Source of the DNA: Candidatus Arthromitus sp. SFB-rat-Yit
GTDB taxonomy: Bacteria > Bacillota > Clostridia > Clostridiales > Clostridiaceae
Direction: 5' to 3'
Assembly (NCBI RefSeq): GCF_000283555.1
Contig: NC_016012.1
Coordinates: forward strand, 300,001-332,000
Length of the DNA: 32,000 nt
In this document: positions 28,341-32,000 of the stretch, piece by piece
Layout: every line of letters begins with the position of its first letter
Position numbering within the stretch: the stretch's first letter is position 1
Position numbers and translations under genes: made by a program
The notes under the pieces: generated by a model
The model's database searches: none
What the model was told of the DNA's origin: nothing
What the model saw: the letters and a program-made list of their open reading frames with translations, nothing else

Positions 28341-28974
28341 GTTTTTTATATATTATAAATGAGTATAAAGCTGTTACTATACTTGTTAAAATTAATGAAG
28401 TTATTAGTATATAATATGAGAGAGGATTAAATACGATTGTCATAATTATAGTTAATATTCCTGAAATAACAAATAGTAAACCAGCTAATCTATGTGTTTT
28501 TTTCCAGTTTTTTTCATCGTTTAATGTCCAAGGTAATCTTATTCCCATTGTGTAATTTTGTCTACATTTTGGAAGATAGTTTCCAATTAATATAAATATA
28601 ATTGATACAAATATTGGGGCAATTAATGATATATTTAGTCTAATTCCAAGACTAATTAATATAGACGTTGGGATAAATATTAATGACATAATTGGTAATA
28701 AAAAACATATTAAATTTTTTATAATTTTATTATGGTTTTTTTTGTTTGGATCATTGTTAATGCCTATGTTTGTTATTAAGTTTAAAATACATAAGATTAG
28801 ATGAAGGATTATACATACAAATAGTTTGCTTCCATAGGAATCTATACTGCCATTTATATTAAAATGGATTGGAATTTTATCGGGGAGTTTATTGTATATA
28901 AACATACAGAATATCATAGGTAATAAACATAATATTGATGATAAAATTAGTGATTTATTTATTTTTTTATTCAT
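28327..28974 (-). CDS. sdpI: SdpI family protein (DUF1648 + SdpI domains)
   Basis: LPDKIPIHFNINGSIDSYGSK (DUF1648) and NYTMGIRLPWTLNDEKNWKKTHRLAGLLFVISG (SdpI). Confidence 0.93.
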   Translation of the reverse strand: MNKKINKSLILSSILCLLPMIFCMFIYNKLPDKIPIHFNINGSIDSYGSKLFVCIILHLILCILNLITNIGINNDPNKKNHNKIIKNLICFLLPIMSLIFIPTSILISLGIRLNISLIAPIFVSIIFILIGNYLPKCRQNYTMGIRLPWTLNDEKNWKKTHRLAGLLFVISGILTIIMTIVFNPLSYYILITSLILTSIVTALYSFIIYKKQKNT

Positions 28975-29237
28975 TTTTTACCTCCAAATTCTGAGAACCA
29001 TAATATTACTTCTTCAAATACTGAAGTATTAATTTCATAAAATATAAAGTTTTTATATTTAGATTCAAATATAAGTCCTGATTTTTTTAGTATTGAGAGA
29101 TGATATGATATTGTTGCTCCAGTTAAATCAAATTTTTCAATGATTTCTCCTACAGATAGTTTATCTTTTTTAAGTAAAGTTAGTATTTCCCGTCTAATAG
29201 GATCGGATAGGGCCTTAAATGTTTCCTTTAAACTCAT
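28971..29237 (-). CDS. sdpR: ArsR-family repressor SdpR-like
   Basis: FKALSDPIRREILTLLKKDKLSVGEIIEKFDLTGATISYHLSILKKSGLI; start at ATG 29237 with RBS GGAGGAA; 4-nt overlap with sdpI. Confidence 0.92.
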   Translation of the reverse strand: MSLKETFKALSDPIRREILTLLKKDKLSVGEIIEKFDLTGATISYHLSILKKSGLIFESKYKNFIFYEINTSVFEEVILWFSEFGGKK

Positions 29238-29250
29238 AAATTCCTCCAAC

Positions 29251-29272
29251 TATTTAGAAATTTATCTAAATA
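29251..29272. promoter_or_regulatory. Candidate SdpR operator (inverted repeat)
   Basis: TATTTAGA-N6-TCTAAATA, perfect 8-bp arms immediately upstream of the sdpR RBS. Confidence 0.45.
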
Positions 29273-29420
29273 TAGTATATGATTATATTCGTCAGTTAGT
29301 CAATAACTATTTAGATAATTATAAAAATAACTATAGTTAATTGAAGAAAGAAATTAAATTATATATACTTTAAATAAGATTTGTGAATTGAATTTTATTT
29401 TGGAAGGAATTATTTTAAAT

Positions 29421-29591
29421 ATGAAACAAATGATAGATAGAATAAATTATTTATATAAAAAATCTAAGGAATTTGGATTAAGTGATGAAGAAAGAATTGA
29501 GCAAGAAAAACTTAGGAAAGAATATGTAAAAATAATTAGGGGAAATTTTGAAAATCAACTTAAAAATTATAAAAAAAAGGGTGAAGAGTAA
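29421..29591 (+). CDS. DUF896 family protein (YnzC-like)
   Basis: MKQMIDRINYLYKKSKEFGLSDEERIEQEKLRKEYVKIIRGNFENQL is a diagnostic DUF896 sequence. Confidence 0.93.
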   Translation: MKQMIDRINYLYKKSKEFGLSDEERIEQEKLRKEYVKIIRGNFENQLKNYKKKGEE

Positions 29592-30503
29592 ATGTATGTA
29601 ACTATTAATGATTTAATTAAAACATTTAAATTTGAGGTTATTGTTGGGGGAGATTTTTCCGTACAAATTAAAACAACTCAATTAAATAGGCCAGGACTTC
29701 AACTTACAGGATATTATTCATATTTTTCAAATGATCGTATTCAGTTAATTGGAATGACTGAATGGTCATATATGAATTCTTTAGATGAGGAGAGCAGGGA
29801 TAAAAAATTTAAGGAATATTTGGAGAAACATACCCCGTGCATAATAGTAACACGTGGACTTGAAATTTTTGAATCATTAGAAAAGTATGCAAAGATTTAT
29901 GGAAGGACAATTTTAAGGACTAATGAGGATACAACTGGAATTATAAGCAGGCTTAAAAGATATTTAGATGAGAAACTTGCGGCAGAAACTCGTGTTCATG
30001 GGGTTTTGGTTGATATTTATGGGATTGGTATTTTGATTACGGGAGATAGCGGTATTGGTAAGAGTGAAACTGCTTTGGAACTTATAAAAAGAGGTCATAG
30101 GATGATTTCTGATGATGCTGTTGATTTTCGGGAGATTGATAGGGAGATAATAGGGTATTGTCCTAGTATAACTTTTGGAATGCTTGAAGTTCGTGGGGTT
30201 GGGATAATAGATATCACAGCTCTATATGGGTTATCTTCTGTTCTTGAAAGTAAGAAGCTTGATTTAATAATAGAACTTGAGCATTGGAAAGATGATGATT
30301 CTTATGATAGACTTGGCATTGATAATTTATATAAAGAAATTTTAGGTGTTAAGGTAAAACTCGTACGTATACCAATACGTCCTGGAAGGAATGTATCTGT
30401 TCTTGTTGAAGCTGCTGCTGCAAGTCATAGATATAAATTGACTGGTAGACTACCTGCAATAGATGTTATAGGCGAGAGAATGAAAAAAATTAGTCAAAAC
30501 TAG
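29592..30503 (+). CDS. hprK: HPr kinase/phosphorylase
   Basis: GVLVDIYGIGILITGDSGIGKSETALELIKRGHRMISDDAVDFRE and GIGIIDITALYG...; 303 aa. Confidence 0.97.
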   Translation: MYVTINDLIKTFKFEVIVGGDFSVQIKTTQLNRPGLQLTGYYSYFSNDRIQLIGMTEWSYMNSLDEESRDKKFKEYLEKHTPCIIVTRGLEIFESLEKYAKIYGRTILRTNEDTTGIISRLKRYLDEKLAAETRVHGVLVDIYGIGILITGDSGIGKSETALELIKRGHRMISDDAVDFREIDREIIGYCPSITFGMLEVRGVGIIDITALYGLSSVLESKKLDLIIELEHWKDDDSYDRLGIDNLYKEILGVKVKLVRIPIRPGRNVSVLVEAAAASHRYKLTGRLPAIDVIGERMKKISQN

Positions 30504-30570
30504 ATTACGCATTTAATTTATTTAATAAGAGATACTAACTTATATAAATTATTTAAGTTGGTGATTTATT

Positions 30571-31500
30571 TTGATCGTATATAATATTTCAAAGCTTTTT
30601 AAAGAAGAAGAAGAGTATGATCTTAATAAGTATTTATATTGGTTTATTTTAAGTGAGAATGAAATCTCATCAATACCTTTTGAACTTGATATGGAGTGTA
30701 TATTTGATTCAAATTCAGCTAGGGGTTTTTCTCAAATTAATTTTTATAATGAATATACATTTATTGCTCTGGATGTGTTAGAATTTAACAATGATATATT
30801 GAGTTTTGAGGATCTTAATATATTTTTCGGTAAAAATTATATTATAACAGTACATAAAAGTAAATTAGATGTTATAGATGAATTAATTCTTGATTTAAGG
30901 GAAAATAAGAATTGTTTTGTTGTTAAAAATAATCCTAAAATATCAACACTTTTATATATGATAATAGACAGGGTAATACTTAAGAATTATTCAACAATAA
31001 GTTCTATAAGTTCGAAGTGTGATAAAATTGAGATAAGTATATTAAAAGAAGATTCTCGGAGGAATTTTGAGGAATTGGTTCGTCTTAGAGGTCAAGTATA
31101 TAGAGTTAAGAAATATTTATACCCTCTTAGATATATTGGTGATTCTTTAATATTAAATGAGAATGGTATTATAGATGGAAATGATATTATACTATTTGAG
31201 AGAATAAATGAAAAATTTCAAAAGCTTATGGGAGCAATTGAAAGTTTGAATCAACAATTATCACTTGTTAGAGAGGCGTATGAATCTGAGCTTTCAAATA
31301 AGACAAATCAACTTATGAAGGTTTTTACACTTGTTGCATCTATTTTTCTTCCTCTTGATTTACTTACAAGTTTTTTTGGGATGAGTTTTGAGATTATGCC
31401 ACTTAGGCATTCTTGTTATTCTATACATATAGTTATTTTTGTAATGATTATAATTGTATGTTTACTTATAATTTTGTTTAAAAAGAAAGATTGGTTATAA
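30571..31500 (+). CDS. CorA-like divalent cation transporter with an altered GMN motif
   Basis: C-terminus VFTLVASIFLPLDLLTSFFGMSFEIMP and a second hydrophobic helix ending in KKKDWL. Confidence 0.88.
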   Translation: MIVYNISKLFKEEEEYDLNKYLYWFILSENEISSIPFELDMECIFDSNSARGFSQINFYNEYTFIALDVLEFNNDILSFEDLNIFFGKNYIITVHKSKLDVIDELILDLRENKNCFVVKNNPKISTLLYMIIDRVILKNYSTISSISSKCDKIEISILKEDSRRNFEELVRLRGQVYRVKKYLYPLRYIGDSLILNENGIIDGNDIILFERINEKFQKLMGAIESLNQQLSLVREAYESELSNKTNQLMKVFTLVASIFLPLDLLTSFFGMSFEIMPLRHSCYSIHIVIFVMIIIVCLLIILFKKKDWL

Positions 31501-31527
31501 AAATTTTTAAATATTAAGGGGTGTATT

Positions 31528-32000
31528 ATGACAGATAAAATTTCATCTAAGATTACATGGGAAAATTATAGTGGTGAAAACTTATTGGAACTTGAGGAAT
31601 TATGTAATGGATATAAGAGTTTTATAAGTTCAAATAAAACAGAGAGAGAATGTGTTAATTATTTTATTAATGAGTGTATTAAACATAATTTTAAGGATTT
31701 AAGAGAGGTAATAGAAAGAGGAGAAAAACTTAAAAAAGGAGATAGGGTTTATTATTCAAAAATGGATAAAACTCTTATTTTAGCTATAATTGGTGAGGAA
31801 AATTTAGAAAATGGTTTTAATATAATAGGTTCTCATATTGATGCTCCTAGAGTTGATATAAAACAATCTCCGGTATATGAAGTGGATGGATTATGTTATT
31901 TTGATACTCATTATTATGGAGGTATTAAAAAGTATCATTGGGTTGCACGTCCTATGTGTTTAAAAGGTGTAGTAATAAAGAGTAATGGAGATAAGGTTAC
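31528..32000 (+). CDS. M18 family aminopeptidase, N-terminal part (3' truncated by window)
   Basis: Open reading frame to the window end: MTDKISSKITWENYSGENLLELEELCNGYKSFISSNKTERECVNYF...NIIGSHIDAPRVDIKQSPVYEVDGLCYFDTHYYGGIKKYHWVARP; GSHIDAPR motif. Confidence 0.9.
   Translation, partial: MTDKISSKITWENYSGENLLELEELCNGYKSFISSNKTERECVNYFINECIKHNFKDLREVIERGEKLKKGDRVYYSKMDKTLILAIIGEENLENGFNIIGSHIDAPRVDIKQSPVYEVDGLCYFDTHYYGGIKKYHWVARPMCLKGVVIKSNGDKV

Noticed and set aside
29140-29340. Plus-strand 66-aa ORF opposite the sdpR start
   Set aside because: Overlaps sdpR and its likely operator; no RBS and no family resemblance.

Overview
This 32 kb window is AT-rich and reads as ordinary core chromosome from a low-GC, spore-forming Clostridia-type Firmicute. 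A Clostridiaceae or segmented-filamentous-bacterium-like host is my inference only. Gene order: 3' end of tig, clpP, clpX, engB/ysxC, two Asn-rich small proteins, an unannotated Cys-containing mini-ORF, M20 amidohydrolase, RluA-type pseudouridine synthase, two convergent SpoVB-type MOP flippases, zinc-dependent phospholipase C-like protein, complete V/A-type ATPase operon (F/H-I-K-E-C-G-A-B-D), signal peptidase I, mannose-1-P guanylyltransferase, a possible Fn3/DUF4214-like protein, frameshifted rpe, a pair of membrane-anchored proteins with a possible degenerate nuclease fold, rex, OGG1-type glycosylase, a secreted coiled-coil protein, PH-domain and DUF1292-like proteins, a structured stand-alone ncRNA candidate, sdpR/sdpI without an adjacent toxin gene, DUF896, hprK, a CorA-like transporter, and a truncated M18 aminopeptidase. 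I see no CRISPR, rRNA, tRNA, transposase or clear defence island. The most interesting items are: (1) an about 175-nt structured RNA with a terminator and a plausible pseudoknot at 28132-28340; (2) rpe broken by one nucleotide exactly at an in-frame A_AAA_AAA slippery heptamer; (3) tandem membrane-anchored Mrr-like/degenerate nuclease-fold proteins at 22806-23835; (4) an unannotated 54-aa Cys-containing ORF with its own RBS and terminator at 4101-4265. All family assignments come from reading motifs; no database search was run.
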